A stretch of 64,000 nucleotides of DNA, taken from contig CBDBHR010000025.1 in NCBI GenBank assembly GCA_965205865.1, positions 32,001 to 96,000 of the forward strand, in the 5' to 3' direction. The number at the start of each line of letters is the position of its first letter. Within the stretch, counting starts at the first letter, position 1. The translations under genes were made by a program, and so were the position numbers. Positions 1-9,917 of this stretch are shown one piece after another. The notes beneath the pieces are model-generated. The model did not search any database, was not told the DNA's origin, and saw nothing but the letters and a program-made list of their open reading frames with translations. The stretch comes from a bacterium. Lineage in GTDB: Bacteria; SAR324; NAC60-12.

Positions 1-111
1 CCCGGCCAAAACAACTATGGCTCCTTCCCTTGCAAAGATGATGGCGGTTTCCTTACCAATTCCTGTCCCACCACCCGTAACGATGGCAACTTTTCCTTCC
101 AGTGTTTTCAT
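1..111 (-). CDS. SDR family oxidoreductase, 5' part (runs off window start)
   Basis: Reverse strand reads [37 protein letters not shown] (TGxxxGIG Rossmann motif) after an AGGAGG RBS. Confidence 0.9.
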   Translation of the reverse strand, partial: MKTLEGKVAIVTGGGTGIGKETAIIFAREGAIVVLAG

Positions 112-562
112 TTGCGATCCTCCTATAAAAATATGGATAATTTGGTAAAAGGCTGAAGAAAAAAGATATGTCATCTCGAACTTGTTGCGGGATACAAGAA
201 GCAGTTAGCGAGGCATTCCCCTGAATTCCCGATAGAGTCGACCTTGACAAAAATAAAATATCACGGGTTACTATTTGATAACAGATCCTTGGGGATTGTG
301 GAAATCAACCATTTGAGATAAAATCAAAACGTATTGTCAAAGTAAAACAAGAATCATGAATGACAAGCACTGCCATTCTTTTTCCGTGCCAAAATGAAAA
401 TTGTTCAAGTTTTTCAAAAAGTCCGAATTAAAGCCGGTCGAGATCTACATGGGGATGCTCATAACGCTCTTTGGTGAACGGGAAACCGTTGGAGAGCAAG
501 CACAGGGTTTTAAGACGCAGCCGGTCTGACACCAGAAAAAAAGAAAAGCGACGAATACTGCC

Positions 563-1441
563 ATGCTGTTACGATCTCTACTTTTTGTCCCCGCAACCAA
601 TGAAAAATTGCTGGAGAGCGCGCTTCGGCGTAAGGCTGACGCGATCCAGCTCGATTTGGAAGATGCCATTCCGCAGAACGAAAAAGAAGCGGCCCGCCAA
701 GCGGCGGCCCGGGCAATCGGGAAAATACGGGGGCGTTGTCCTTATGTCGTGGTACGCATCAATGCGCCGCTGCGATTGGCGTTGCCGGACCTTGAAACGA
801 TAATGGGTCCCGGCCTGGATGCCATTACGATCCCAAAAGTTCCCCACGCGCACTTTCTACGACTTTTGGATGAAACAATTGGAGAATTGGAAGCGGAACG
901 TGGTCTGCCGCCGGGGGGCGTGCGTTTGATCGCCACGATTGAAAACGCGGAAGGGTTGATTCACGTCAATGAAATTGCAACCGCAACTCCTCGTCTATTG
1001 GCACTGATAGTCGGCACCGAAGATCTTTCCGCCTCATTGGGGACGCAACCTCTTCCCGATGCCATGTATGTCCCGCATATCCTGGCCTTGGTTGCCGCCC
1101 GCCAGGCTGGTATCATTCCATTGGGATACCTGGGGTCCATTGCCGTTTATAACGACAAGGAAACCTATCGGGAATGGGTCGGTCGCGCCGCCCTGCTTGG
1201 TTTTGAAGGAGCTTTCTGCATCCATCCCAATCAAGTCGAGATCTGTAACGAGGTCTTCCAACCCTCTGCAGACGAGATTGCCAAAGCCCGCCGATTGGTC
1301 GACGCCTACGAAAAACACCTCGCTTCCGGTGTGGGTGTCTTTGTCGATGAGGGCCAAATGGTAGATAATCCCGTGATCAAACGCGCCCGCGCCGTCCTTG
1401 ACAAAGCGGACGCGATTCAGGGACGATCCCTGAACCCATGA
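563..1441 (+). CDS. HpcH/HpaI aldolase / citrate lyase beta (CitE-like) CoA-ester lyase
   Basis: RSLLFVPA, LDLEDA, VRIN, IPKV, GTEDL and IHPNQV motifs. Confidence 0.9.
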   Translation: MLLRSLLFVPATNEKLLESALRRKADAIQLDLEDAIPQNEKEAARQAAARAIGKIRGRCPYVVVRINAPLRLALPDLETIMGPGLDAITIPKVPHAHFLRLLDETIGELEAERGLPPGGVRLIATIENAEGLIHVNEIATATPRLLALIVGTEDLSASLGTQPLPDAMYVPHILALVAARQAGIIPLGYLGSIAVYNDKETYREWVGRAALLGFEGAFCIHPNQVEICNEVFQPSADEIAKARRLVDAYEKHLASGVGVFVDEGQMVDNPVIKRARAVLDKADAIQGRSLNP

Positions 1442-1478
1442 GTCTCTTCAATATCTTGAAACTGCCGGTTGCCAAAAC

Positions 1479-3113
1479 TCACTTAGAGACATTTTTTTCG
1501 ACTTTGGAAATGGCCTCCACCAGGGCAGGTCGACCTTCTCGATTGGCGGCTTCTGCCCGCTTGAACGCAGGAGCCAGACCACCCGGCGTGGCCACCCGCT
1601 CGCTATGGACTCCCAACCCTTCTGCGATTTTAGAATAATTGCCCCCCAATTCGTTGCTCCTGTAGCGTTTGGTAGCCTCTGGCAAATGGTGATCATAATT
1701 GGTCATCACCGAGTTGTTGAGCACCACAGTCAGGATGGGAATTTCGGAGCGCACGGCGGTTTCGAGATCCAAGCCCGACATGCCGAATGCGGCATCTCCC
1801 ATGATGTTGATCACCTGCTTCTCAGGAGCCGCCAATTTGGCGCCGATTGACAGGCCCAGTCCATAACCCAACTGGGTGGATTTACCCCAACCAATGTAGC
1901 CACGGGGAGAAACGGGTTTCCACATAGGCAGCAACTGATCGCGAGGATAACCGGAATCATGTGTGATGATGGTGTTGGCCGGGTCAAAGGAATTTGCCAG
2001 TTCTCGAAACACGCGGTAAGGGTTGATGGGGATTTCGTCGGAGGCATGGCGGGATTCCCACTCCGCATCAAATTCATCACGAACGGAAGCAACACGATTT
2101 GCGACACCCTGGCCATCTCCGCGCACCCTCGGACCATCCTGTCGCTGATATTCTTCGATCATTTGCTGAAGCGCCAGGCGAATTTCTCCGACCGCGCCAA
2201 ACTCGACTTCGTAATCTTTACCGATATCTTCCGCACAGTTGCTCACCTGAGCAAGAACAATACCTTCAGGCATTGGGGTCGTGAAGGTGTTCCGAGTGAA
2301 ACTGGTTCCGACTCCCATGCTGAAATCCGTAGATTCCAGAAAGCGTCGCACCATCAAAGTACGCGACAGTCCTCCTGTTCCCAAAGCCAGAGGATGATTT
2401 TCCGGAAAAGCGCTTTTGCCGGCCAAGGTGGTCATGACAGGCAGTTGAGCCAACTCTGCAAAGGCGACCAATTCGGCCGTTGCTTGCGAATACAGCACCC
2501 CTTGCCCGGCAACGATGACGGGAGAGGAAGCTTTCAACAAGGCCGTTATCAGTTCCCGCACATCTTCCTTGGAGGCGAGGGATTCTCGACGTCGAACAAT
2601 TTTGTATTCCTCGACATTTCCCGGATAATCCAATCCCATCACGTCCCCGGGCATCTCTAACATCACTGGTCCGGGGTGACCTTGTTTCATCTGTATTAAT
2701 GCGCGTCGTAACATGTGCGGAATGTCTTCAACCTTGTTGATCTGGGCAGCCCATTTGGTAACGTATTGAAAATTTCGACGGGCCTCGAAAGTCGGAGACA
2801 CTCCCTGTCGAGACAAAGGCTCTCCTCCCGCCAAAATCAGCATAGGGACCGAGTCGGCATATGCTTGGGCCACGCCGGCGAAGCAATTCTCCGCCCCCGG
2901 CCCTTGCTGCATACTAAACACCCCAAACCTGCGTCCATTCGAAATACGACTGAAACCGTCCGCGATATTGACTCCGCTGCGTTCCTGACGACAAATGATG
3001 GGCCTAATACCAATGTGGGCGCAGGCTTCGATGAGAGGTTGGGCAGGAAAGGCGGAGAGGAACTCCACTCCTTCGATCTGCAATATTCTTGCTAATGCTT
3101 CATATCCATTCAT
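1479..3113 (-). CDS. Thiamine-diphosphate-dependent enzyme (acetolactate synthase-like superfamily)
   Basis: RQER..NIADG, QQGPGAEN and GDAAFGM..VLNN ThDP-binding motif; start moved to MNGYEALA (GAGGT RBS). Confidence 0.9.
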   Translation of the reverse strand: MNGYEALARILQIEGVEFLSAFPAQPLIEACAHIGIRPIICRQERSGVNIADGFSRISNGRRFGVFSMQQGPGAENCFAGVAQAYADSVPMLILAGGEPLSRQGVSPTFEARRNFQYVTKWAAQINKVEDIPHMLRRALIQMKQGHPGPVMLEMPGDVMGLDYPGNVEEYKIVRRRESLASKEDVRELITALLKASSPVIVAGQGVLYSQATAELVAFAELAQLPVMTTLAGKSAFPENHPLALGTGGLSRTLMVRRFLESTDFSMGVGTSFTRNTFTTPMPEGIVLAQVSNCAEDIGKDYEVEFGAVGEIRLALQQMIEEYQRQDGPRVRGDGQGVANRVASVRDEFDAEWESRHASDEIPINPYRVFRELANSFDPANTIITHDSGYPRDQLLPMWKPVSPRGYIGWGKSTQLGYGLGLSIGAKLAAPEKQVINIMGDAAFGMSGLDLETAVRSEIPILTVVLNNSVMTNYDHHLPEATKRYRSNELGGNYSKIAEGLGVHSERVATPGGLAPAFKRAEAANREGRPALVEAISKVEKNVSK

Positions 3114-3138
3114 AGTTGATACCTCATTGCTTATCGAT

Positions 3139-3987
3139 TCAGTAAAGAATTTGTTGATTGGAAAGGCTTCCGCCACCGACTCGATCTTCAATGCTGGCCC
3201 CACGGTACTCCTTGATTTCCAGAGCGCTGAAGGCGTTGATGATCATGTATTGCGTGGGTAGGTCCTCCCAGCGAGCCCTATGGAATTTTATGGTGCCATC
3301 TCCTCGATACAAAGATTGTGGAGGCGTTGGATTTGTCGATGCCGGAGATAACACCGCATAAGCAACATCTTCCTTGCCCCATTCCCCAGTCCGGGGCATG
3401 TATTTATAATGGATTTGTCCTCTCAGTGTTCCGTCGACCGGAGGCCGAGCGGGTGTAGCAAGGTCCGCGGCGTTTACCTCTTTCATGTTGGTAAGCTTGA
3501 TATCGAGAAAACGGAACCCCATCCAACTGGCGGCGCAATGGATCTCTCCGTTGTAAACGACGGGTTCCGGCAAGTCACAATAGATTTTGGAAAAACCCAG
3601 TTGTTCCCGACCTGTGAGGATCGGATCGGTCAGGTTTTCCCAAAGCACCGTCAAAAAAGGGCCACTGGCGCGGTCTTTTTTGCCTTGGTAGACCACCGGA
3701 AAAGTGACGCCAAGAAGATTATAGCCACGCCCTGCCAGCCAATCGATCTCCTTCATGTAGGTTTCACTGACAGTCACCACCGGTTCTCCCGACAATTCGA
3801 ATCCCGGTGGTAGAAAATCTTTCAATTGCTCCGCGTTGGTAAGAAAACTGACCGAGACGCTCTTGCACTTGCGTTGGTCCTGCTCAAAAGCAAACTTCTT
3901 GCCGCCCGGGCCTTGTCTCGGCCCGGACATGGGACCGAAATGGGTCGGCATCATGTACATCAATTCCTGATTCAAGGGATATGTCAT
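3139..3987 (-). CDS. Acetoacetate decarboxylase family protein
   Basis: LPPGFEL, WLAGRGYN and PILTGREQLGFSK (Schiff-base Lys position); AGGAG RBS before MTYPL. Confidence 0.85.
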   Translation of the reverse strand: MTYPLNQELMYMMPTHFGPMSGPRQGPGGKKFAFEQDQRKCKSVSVSFLTNAEQLKDFLPPGFELSGEPVVTVSETYMKEIDWLAGRGYNLLGVTFPVVYQGKKDRASGPFLTVLWENLTDPILTGREQLGFSKIYCDLPEPVVYNGEIHCAASWMGFRFLDIKLTNMKEVNAADLATPARPPVDGTLRGQIHYKYMPRTGEWGKEDVAYAVLSPASTNPTPPQSLYRGDGTIKFHRARWEDLPTQYMIINAFSALEIKEYRGASIEDRVGGGSLSNQQILY

Positions 3988-3998
3988 TTTTTTCTCCT

Positions 3999-4880
3999 TC
4001 ATTTGGTTTGTTTTTTTGGGTATTTGCCCATGATAAAATTATGGCCGAGAAGCGGCTGGGCTGCAAAAAGCCCACCGTCGACGGGTAAGACTACGCCCGA
4101 GATCCAACCTGCCTCGTCACTGGCCAGAAAAACGGCAGCCCAGGCGACGTCCCAGGGAGTGCCCTCGGTTCCCAACGGGACGACTTGCCGTCGTCGCTCC
4201 CGAAGATCGGAAGGCAGGTGGCTTGTAAATGCGGAGTGCAGATGACCCGGAGCGATGCAATTGGCTCGAATGCCATCCCGCCCATGCCACGCTGCGGTTG
4301 TTTGGGTTAAAATATGGAGAGCTCCTTTGGAAACCGAATAGGGCAGCCCAAAGTGGTCGGCAGCAGCAAGGGCATCGCAGGACGAAAAATTGATAATCGA
4401 TCCTCCTCCTGAGGCGATCATGGCAGGAATAGCATGCTTGCTTGCCAGCATGGCACTTTTCAGATTTAGATCCATGGCCCATTCCAATTCGTTTTCATCA
4501 AATTCCGCAACACCGGACCCTTTACTTTTCTCACTCGAGATTCGACTTTGTCCACCAAAGCCAAGATTGTTGACCAGTACGTGCAAGCCGCCAAAGCGTT
4601 CGACCGCCTCACTCACCATTGCGCGACAATCTTCATTTTTAGTACCATCTCCGGTGAAAATTGACGCCTCGCCGCTAATCTCGTCTCTAATGGTTTCTAC
4701 GGTTCGTGCCGCATTTTCAGCCGTCAAGTCGGCCACCACGACTCTGGCGCCTTCCCTGGCCAGACAAATCGCCGTGGCTCTGCCGGTACCTGACTCACCC
4801 TCGTAGCCACCACCTCCGGTGACGATAGCAACTTTGCCCTGCAGTCTGGGTTCTCGTTTTCCGTATGATTCAAAATTCAT
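3999..4880 (-). CDS. SDR family oxidoreductase
   Basis: [18 protein letters not shown] (YxxxK), IAPG, VDGG. Confidence 0.9.
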   Translation of the reverse strand: MNFESYGKREPRLQGKVAIVTGGGGYEGESGTGRATAICLAREGARVVVADLTAENAARTVETIRDEISGEASIFTGDGTKNEDCRAMVSEAVERFGGLHVLVNNLGFGGQSRISSEKSKGSGVAEFDENELEWAMDLNLKSAMLASKHAIPAMIASGGGSIINFSSCDALAAADHFGLPYSVSKGALHILTQTTAAWHGRDGIRANCIAPGHLHSAFTSHLPSDLRERRRQVVPLGTEGTPWDVAWAAVFLASDEAGWISGVVLPVDGGLFAAQPLLGHNFIMGKYPKKQTK

Positions 4881-4922
4881 AGTATGGCTCTCCGGTATAT
4901 GAAGCGGGGATGCGCAGGCGTC

Positions 4923-5756
4923 TCAATCCATTAAGACGCCACCGTCGATCGTAATGGACAATCCGGTCAGAAAGTCGGATTCGGAGGAAACCAAATAAGC
5001 GGCAGTTTGTGCCACGTCCCGAGGAGTGCCAATCCGTCTCAGTGGCGCGCCGGATAAGGTTCTTTTTTTGATTTCTTCCAAATGGTCTGCCGTAGAAACG
5101 CCATCAGGCGCGGTAGCTTCCGCAATATCAGTGTATCGCTCAGTTAGTATCATGCCCGGGCAGAGCGCGTGGACTTGAATGCCATGGGGTCCCAGTTCCT
5201 TGGCCAGGGATTGAGTCAACCCCCGTATGGCAAATTTCGATGCGCAGTAGGCTCCAAAGTTCGCGAAGCCAAACTTACCCGACAGGGAGGACATATTGAG
5301 AATCTTGCCTCCCCGACCCTGTTTTATCATCACTCGAGCCACGGTTTTGCAGCACAAAAATGTGCCTTTCGCGTTCACTCGCTGCACTCGGTCCCATTCT
5401 TCCTCTTTTAATTCTACCAAAGGAACTCGATCCTCACCTGCTGCCGTGCCGGCGTTGTTGACCAGGATATCGATCTGTCCGAAGCTCCGCAAAGTTTGGC
5501 GGACCATTTCCTCGACGTCACCTGCCTGGGAAACATCGCCCAGGATCGCCAAAGCTTTTCCCCCCAATTCTTCAATTTCACGCACCACATCCGGCAACCC
5601 GGCCCAACTTGTCGAGTTCCTGGGGTTAGCCATATAATCAGTGACGACCACATCGGCTCCTTCCCGCGCCAATCGAGTGGCAATGGCTCGTCCAATACCT
5701 TGTTCGCCACCCGCTCCAGTCACCAAGGCCACTTTTCCTGCAAAATTGTATGTCAT
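4923..5756 (-). CDS. SDR family oxidoreductase
   Basis: ALVTGAG..GIG, VNNAG, YCASK, IDGG; likely start MTYNF. Confidence 0.9.
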   Translation of the reverse strand: MTYNFAGKVALVTGAGGEQGIGRAIATRLAREGADVVVTDYMANPRNSTSWAGLPDVVREIEELGGKALAILGDVSQAGDVEEMVRQTLRSFGQIDILVNNAGTAAGEDRVPLVELKEEEWDRVQRVNAKGTFLCCKTVARVMIKQGRGGKILNMSSLSGKFGFANFGAYCASKFAIRGLTQSLAKELGPHGIQVHALCPGMILTERYTDIAEATAPDGVSTADHLEEIKKRTLSGAPLRRIGTPRDVAQTAAYLVSSESDFLTGLSITIDGGVLMD

Positions 5757-6233
5757 TTTGGAATCCAAAGTTTTCAAAAACTCGAATTCTATCAATTTCA
5801 TTCGGGGATTACAAGCATAAAGTTTTCTGACCGTTGATCACTTTTATGTAAAATGGAAAATTTTATTTTTGGTTTGAAAGAACCTGAGTTTTATTTTGGA
5901 CAATATTTGATAATAAACCTGTGGTTAATCACAGCCGTAAACAATTAATTTGGCCGCTCCTTCCCTTAAGAAATTTACCAAAGAATCAAAATATTCTCTC
6001 GTCAATTTCTCGTTACGCACCAAACTTTCAAATTTGATGCTCAACTTCCCAGAAAACTCACTCAATTGATAAAAGAAACCGGTCATGGTGCCATGCATAC
6101 GCTTGAACTTCCCAAAAGGAATAAAACGACTGACACTGAAATTCTTAAATACGTGAATGATCAAGACTGCGTCCTCGTCACAAAAGATCAGGATTTTGTC
6201 AATTCCTTCCTTGTCTCTCGCCATCCTGATAAG

Positions 6234-6792
6234 TCATTACCACCGGCAGAGCCGGTGGCTTGAAAAGGCCCCCAGGATGGGGGCAAAACGTGCTCGTATT
6301 CGTAAAACGTGCTCGTGAACGTGAACGAAAGGGGTTATGCCAGATCATGAAAAATTAGATGTTTACCAATGTTCCATCGAATTTTTAGCATTGAGTGTCC
6401 AAATCATTGAGACATTGCTCAGAGGAAACTCTGCCTTAGTTGATCAACTGAAGCGTGCCTCATGGTCGATTCCTCTCAATATTGCCGAGGGGTGTGGCAA
6501 AACGTCTCTTTCCGACAAGCATCGATTCTACGCGATTGCTCGAGGATCCTCTATGGAATGTGGTGCGATTCTCGATGTTCTGAAAGTTTTGAAGATCGTT
6601 CAGTCTCCATTATTCGATAAAGGAAAACAGTTACTACATCGCATTGTCGCTATGTTAACAAAAATGTGTCAACGATCTCACTAATCGTTCACGAGCACGA
6701 GCACGGCTCACGGACACGTATACGTTACTCATGTCTGACCGGCAAAGCCTATTAGGTTCGCACCAGCAGAGCTGGTGGTTTAATGAATTCAA
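6234..6792. mobile_element. Non-autonomous IS200/IS605-like element carrying a four-helix-bundle gene
   Basis: Subterminal hairpins CCACCGGCAGAGCCGGTGG (6240-6258) and CACCAGCAGAGCTGGTG (6761-6777), plus GCCCCCAGGATGGGGGC; no TSD; removal rejoins the host ORF in frame; ends uncertain by about 3 bp. Confidence 0.7.
6337..6684 (+). CDS. Four helix bundle protein (23S rRNA intervening-sequence / bAvd-like family)
   Basis: HEKLDVYQ, DQLKRASWSIPLNIAEG and RFYAIARGSSMEC signatures. Confidence 0.92.
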   Translation: MPDHEKLDVYQCSIEFLALSVQIIETLLRGNSALVDQLKRASWSIPLNIAEGCGKTSLSDKHRFYAIARGSSMECGAILDVLKVLKIVQSPLFDKGKQLLHRIVAMLTKMCQRSH

Positions 6793-6947
6793 TTACTGCT
6801 TGTTTCGACAGGAAATATCAAAAATCGGGAGTTAGAAAAGATATTTTCAACAAAGCCGGATCAAATCATCCGTTTATTTCAAGAATATCATTTCGTTGAA
6901 TTGAGCAAAGAGTTTCTTCTCATTCATGAGTAAGCCACCTTCACAAG

Positions 6948-7066
6948 TACACACACGCAACATTGTATTACAACATGTCATCTCGACGCCTGGAGAGATC
7001 TAAAGATTCCTCGCCTTTGGTTCGGAGTGATACAACAACGGATGTGCTACAATGTCATGTATTAGT
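6948..7066. repeat. MITE-like element enclosing a REP-like GTCATC palindrome doublet
   Basis: Imperfect terminal IRs (..ACATTGTATTACA / TGTGCTACAATGT..) around TGTCATCTCGAC..GAGAGATC..AGATTCCTCG..GTGATACA. Confidence 0.5.
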
Positions 7067-7304
7067 AAAGCCAAAAGCTATTTCGCGTCAGCGACTCGCT
7101 ATTGTCTAAAAGGAAATTTGTAATATTTTAGCGCGCTTCTCAATAATACTTGACATTGACTGCAGGGATAGCGGATAGTGCGACAGTTTTTTGTTCCTCA
7201 GTCGGAGAGCGAAGGTTACCAAAACCGTGGTGAGCGCCTCGAGGTGGCGCCTGTTCATGCTGCTCCCAAACCTGCAATATCGTATAGGAAGGATCGAGTT
7301 TAAA

Positions 7305-8381
7305 ATGCTTGAACGATTTAAGGTTCCAGAAGAGATTGCCGTCCGCGTCAATCATAATGACATGCGAATGACGGTTGGAGCAATCTTTCAAAAGATGGAG
7401 ATGCCGGAAGCCGATGCTCGACTGGCGGCTGATGTCCTCATGTATGCGGATATCCGCGGAATCGAGACCCATGGGGTCTCCAACATGATGCCTGTTTATA
7501 TCAAAATGTTTCGCGACGGAAAGATCAATCCGACTCCCAACCCTCGGATCATCGCCGAAGCGCCTGCCGTGGCGACGCTTGATTCGGACCGGGGATTCGG
7601 CTTGGTGGTCGGCCCACAAGCCATGGATATGGCCATTGAACGCGCAAAAAAATATGGGATAGGCGCCATTACTCTAACCAACGGCGCTCATTTTGGGGCA
7701 GCCGCTTATCACGCCGCAATGGCTCTGAAACACGACATGATTGGAATGGCAATGACCACAGGCTGGTTGGCTCTGGTTCCCACTCATGGCGCCAGACCGA
7801 TGGTGGGCTTGAATCCCTTGGCAGTTGCCGTACCGGCGCAACAAGAACCCCCTTTCCTCTTTGACGCCACCATGAGTTCTGTTGCCGGGAACAAGATTGG
7901 TCTGGCAAAAAGGCTCGGCGTGGATGCTTTGCCGGGTTGGATTGCGGAGAAAGACGGCAGCCCGATTATGGAGGAAGGACCCATTCCCTCGGAATGGATG
8001 TTGCTTCCGCTCGGCGGCACCCGCGAGATAGGATCTCATAAAGGCTACTCGCTGGCGATGATGATCGAAATACTATGTGGCGTCTTGGGAGGCGATGGCG
8101 CCGGTCCCTTCAGACGTCAGGATCCGTCGCACCACTTTCTGGCCTACAACGTCAGTGCATTTGGCGATGTCGAAGCCTTCAAGCAGGAGATGGACATCTA
8201 CCTCCGTAGTCTGCAAGAAACGCCTGCGGCACCCGGTGAAGATCGCGTGGTGTATGCAGGATTGCAGGCGCGCGAAGAAGAGATTTCGCGAATGGAGAAA
8301 GGTATTCCGTATCACCCCGATGTCATCGAATGGTTCCACGGAATCACCAGCGAACTGGACTTACCGGACCGCTTCCGCTGA
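7305..8381 (+). CDS. Ldh2 family (malate/L-lactate/ureidoglycolate-type) oxidoreductase
   Basis: ADIRGIETHG, NGAHFGAAAYH, GLNPLA, FDATMS, PLGG..SHKGY motifs; start MLERFKV. Confidence 0.9.
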   Translation: MLERFKVPEEIAVRVNHNDMRMTVGAIFQKMEMPEADARLAADVLMYADIRGIETHGVSNMMPVYIKMFRDGKINPTPNPRIIAEAPAVATLDSDRGFGLVVGPQAMDMAIERAKKYGIGAITLTNGAHFGAAAYHAAMALKHDMIGMAMTTGWLALVPTHGARPMVGLNPLAVAVPAQQEPPFLFDATMSSVAGNKIGLAKRLGVDALPGWIAEKDGSPIMEEGPIPSEWMLLPLGGTREIGSHKGYSLAMMIEILCGVLGGDGAGPFRRQDPSHHFLAYNVSAFGDVEAFKQEMDIYLRSLQETPAAPGEDRVVYAGLQAREEEISRMEKGIPYHPDVIEWFHGITSELDLPDRFR

Positions 8382-8465
8382 AAATTTAATCAATCTTTCG
8401 GCCATCTCTTTGCCACCAGGAACGCTGAATTTTGATGGCGATGGCCGTCATGCTTCTTATTCCGG

Positions 8466-9470
8466 CTACCAGGCATAGGCTTCGGGTGCTTCTCCCCCCG
8501 GTCCGGGCCAGATGTCATCCAGTTTGTCCAGCGTCTCTCGATCCAGCGTCACCTCGGTCGCGCGTACCGAACTTTCCAACTGCGCCAATGTACGAGGGCC
8601 AATGATCACCGAGGTCACTGCCGGGTTGTGAAGGAGCCAGGCTTGAGCTACTACGGCAGGCGTCTCTCCCAATTGCTTGCAAAGGGATTCATACCGTTCG
8701 AGTTGGTTTCGATGTTCAGCCACGAATATTTCATAACCTTTATCGTGACCCCTGCGTCCACTTTTTGGAGGTTTTTGCAAGATTCCGCCGAGACGCCCGC
8801 CATGCACGGGACCCCAAGGAATCAATCCGAGTCCATAATACCGGCAAGCAGGGATCACTTCCAACTCTGCGGTACGGGTACAAAGGTTGTATCTCGTCTG
8901 CTCGCTCACCAGTCCCATCATGTTTCGCCGCGATGCTTCCTGACAAGCGGTGGCAATGTCCCAGCCTGCAAAGTTGGAGGAACCAACGTAGTTGACCTTA
9001 CCTTGCTTCACGAGACTGTCGAAAGCCTGCCAGGTCTCTTCCCAGGGACATTCCCGGTCGATATGGTGCATTTGATAAAGGTCGATAATGTCCGTTTGCA
9101 GCCGACGCAACGAACCTTCTATTTGTCGGCGGATCTTGACGGCTCCATAACATTTCGATTGTCGATTCGGTTCTGCTCTCATGCCCTCCTTCAAGAACGC
9201 GGAGTAGACCTTGGTCGTCATCACAACCGCGTCCCTGCGACCATCGCCCTGAGCGAACCAACGTCCCACGAGTTCTTCGACAAGACCATATCCCCACTGG
9301 TATCCATATGCGTCGGCGGTATCGAAGAAATTGATACCGAGCTCCAATGCTCGATCCATGATGGCAAAACTATCTTTTTCATCGGTCACCGTCCCTAAAT
9401 TCACAGTGCCGAGGCACAGGTTGCTCACCAAGGTGCCATGTCTACCCAATCGCCTGTGTTCCACTGCCAT
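8466..9470 (-). CDS. Aldo/keto reductase
   Basis: LCLGT, GINFFDTADAYG, SLRRLQTDIIDLYQMH, YVGSSNF, IIGPRT. Confidence 0.93.
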   Translation of the reverse strand: MAVEHRRLGRHGTLVSNLCLGTVNLGTVTDEKDSFAIMDRALELGINFFDTADAYGYQWGYGLVEELVGRWFAQGDGRRDAVVMTTKVYSAFLKEGMRAEPNRQSKCYGAVKIRRQIEGSLRRLQTDIIDLYQMHHIDRECPWEETWQAFDSLVKQGKVNYVGSSNFAGWDIATACQEASRRNMMGLVSEQTRYNLCTRTAELEVIPACRYYGLGLIPWGPVHGGRLGGILQKPPKSGRRGHDKGYEIFVAEHRNQLERYESLCKQLGETPAVVAQAWLLHNPAVTSVIIGPRTLAQLESSVRATEVTLDRETLDKLDDIWPGPGGEAPEAYAW

Positions 9471-9653
9471 GATTTTCTCCTCGTCTCAGTTTTTCATACC
9501 AGGTACCTGCTACCTGTTTCAAATTTGCGTACTCGTAATTCAATTGGCGCAACCTTCCCCCCGCTCACGTTTCCGGTGATACAACCCCTTTACTCACTCG
9601 ACAATTCTAAGATCTCGTAAGTCATTGAAGAATTAAGTCTGTGTTATGCACTT

Positions 9654-9698
9654 TGTCATTCCCGCGAAGCATGTCCCCCTGAAAGGGGAAACGGGAAT
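9654..9698. repeat. REP-like palindrome (GTCATTCCCGCG family)
   Basis: TGTCATTCCCGCGAAGCATGTCCCCCTGAAAGGGGAAACGGGAAT; related sequences near 169, 10790, 13616, 18628 and 24912. Confidence 0.6.
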
Positions 9699-9917
9699 AT
9701 GAAAAGAGGCAAGGGGGATTGCCCAAAGCATTATCCTATCAAACGTCTCGAGGAATGACCAGCATAAATATTTGTCTAGTTGACTCTGCCGCATATTTCC
9801 GCGCTCCCGTCCGTCCGAATAACGAAGCGGAAGGAGCAGATATACGAAGAACACTCGAGACTGCAGGAGTGATTCAGGTCGATGAAGCCCGTCTTTGAAA
9901 AATATTCTTAAAAATTC

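Larger units (their letters stand above)
6036..6933 (+). pseudogene. DUF5615 family PIN-like protein, 5'-truncated and split by an insertion
   Basis: 6036-6233 reads DAQLPRKL..HTLELP..TDTEI..LVTKDQDF..HPDK; 6793-6933 continues LLLVSTGNIKNRELEKIF..FVELSKEFLLIHE*; no start codon upstream in frame. Confidence 0.85.

Noticed and set aside
5925-6224. 99-aa minus-strand ORF
   Set aside because: Mostly antisense to the PIN remnant; only the last ~35 codons may be the tail of another lost gene, which I cannot identify.
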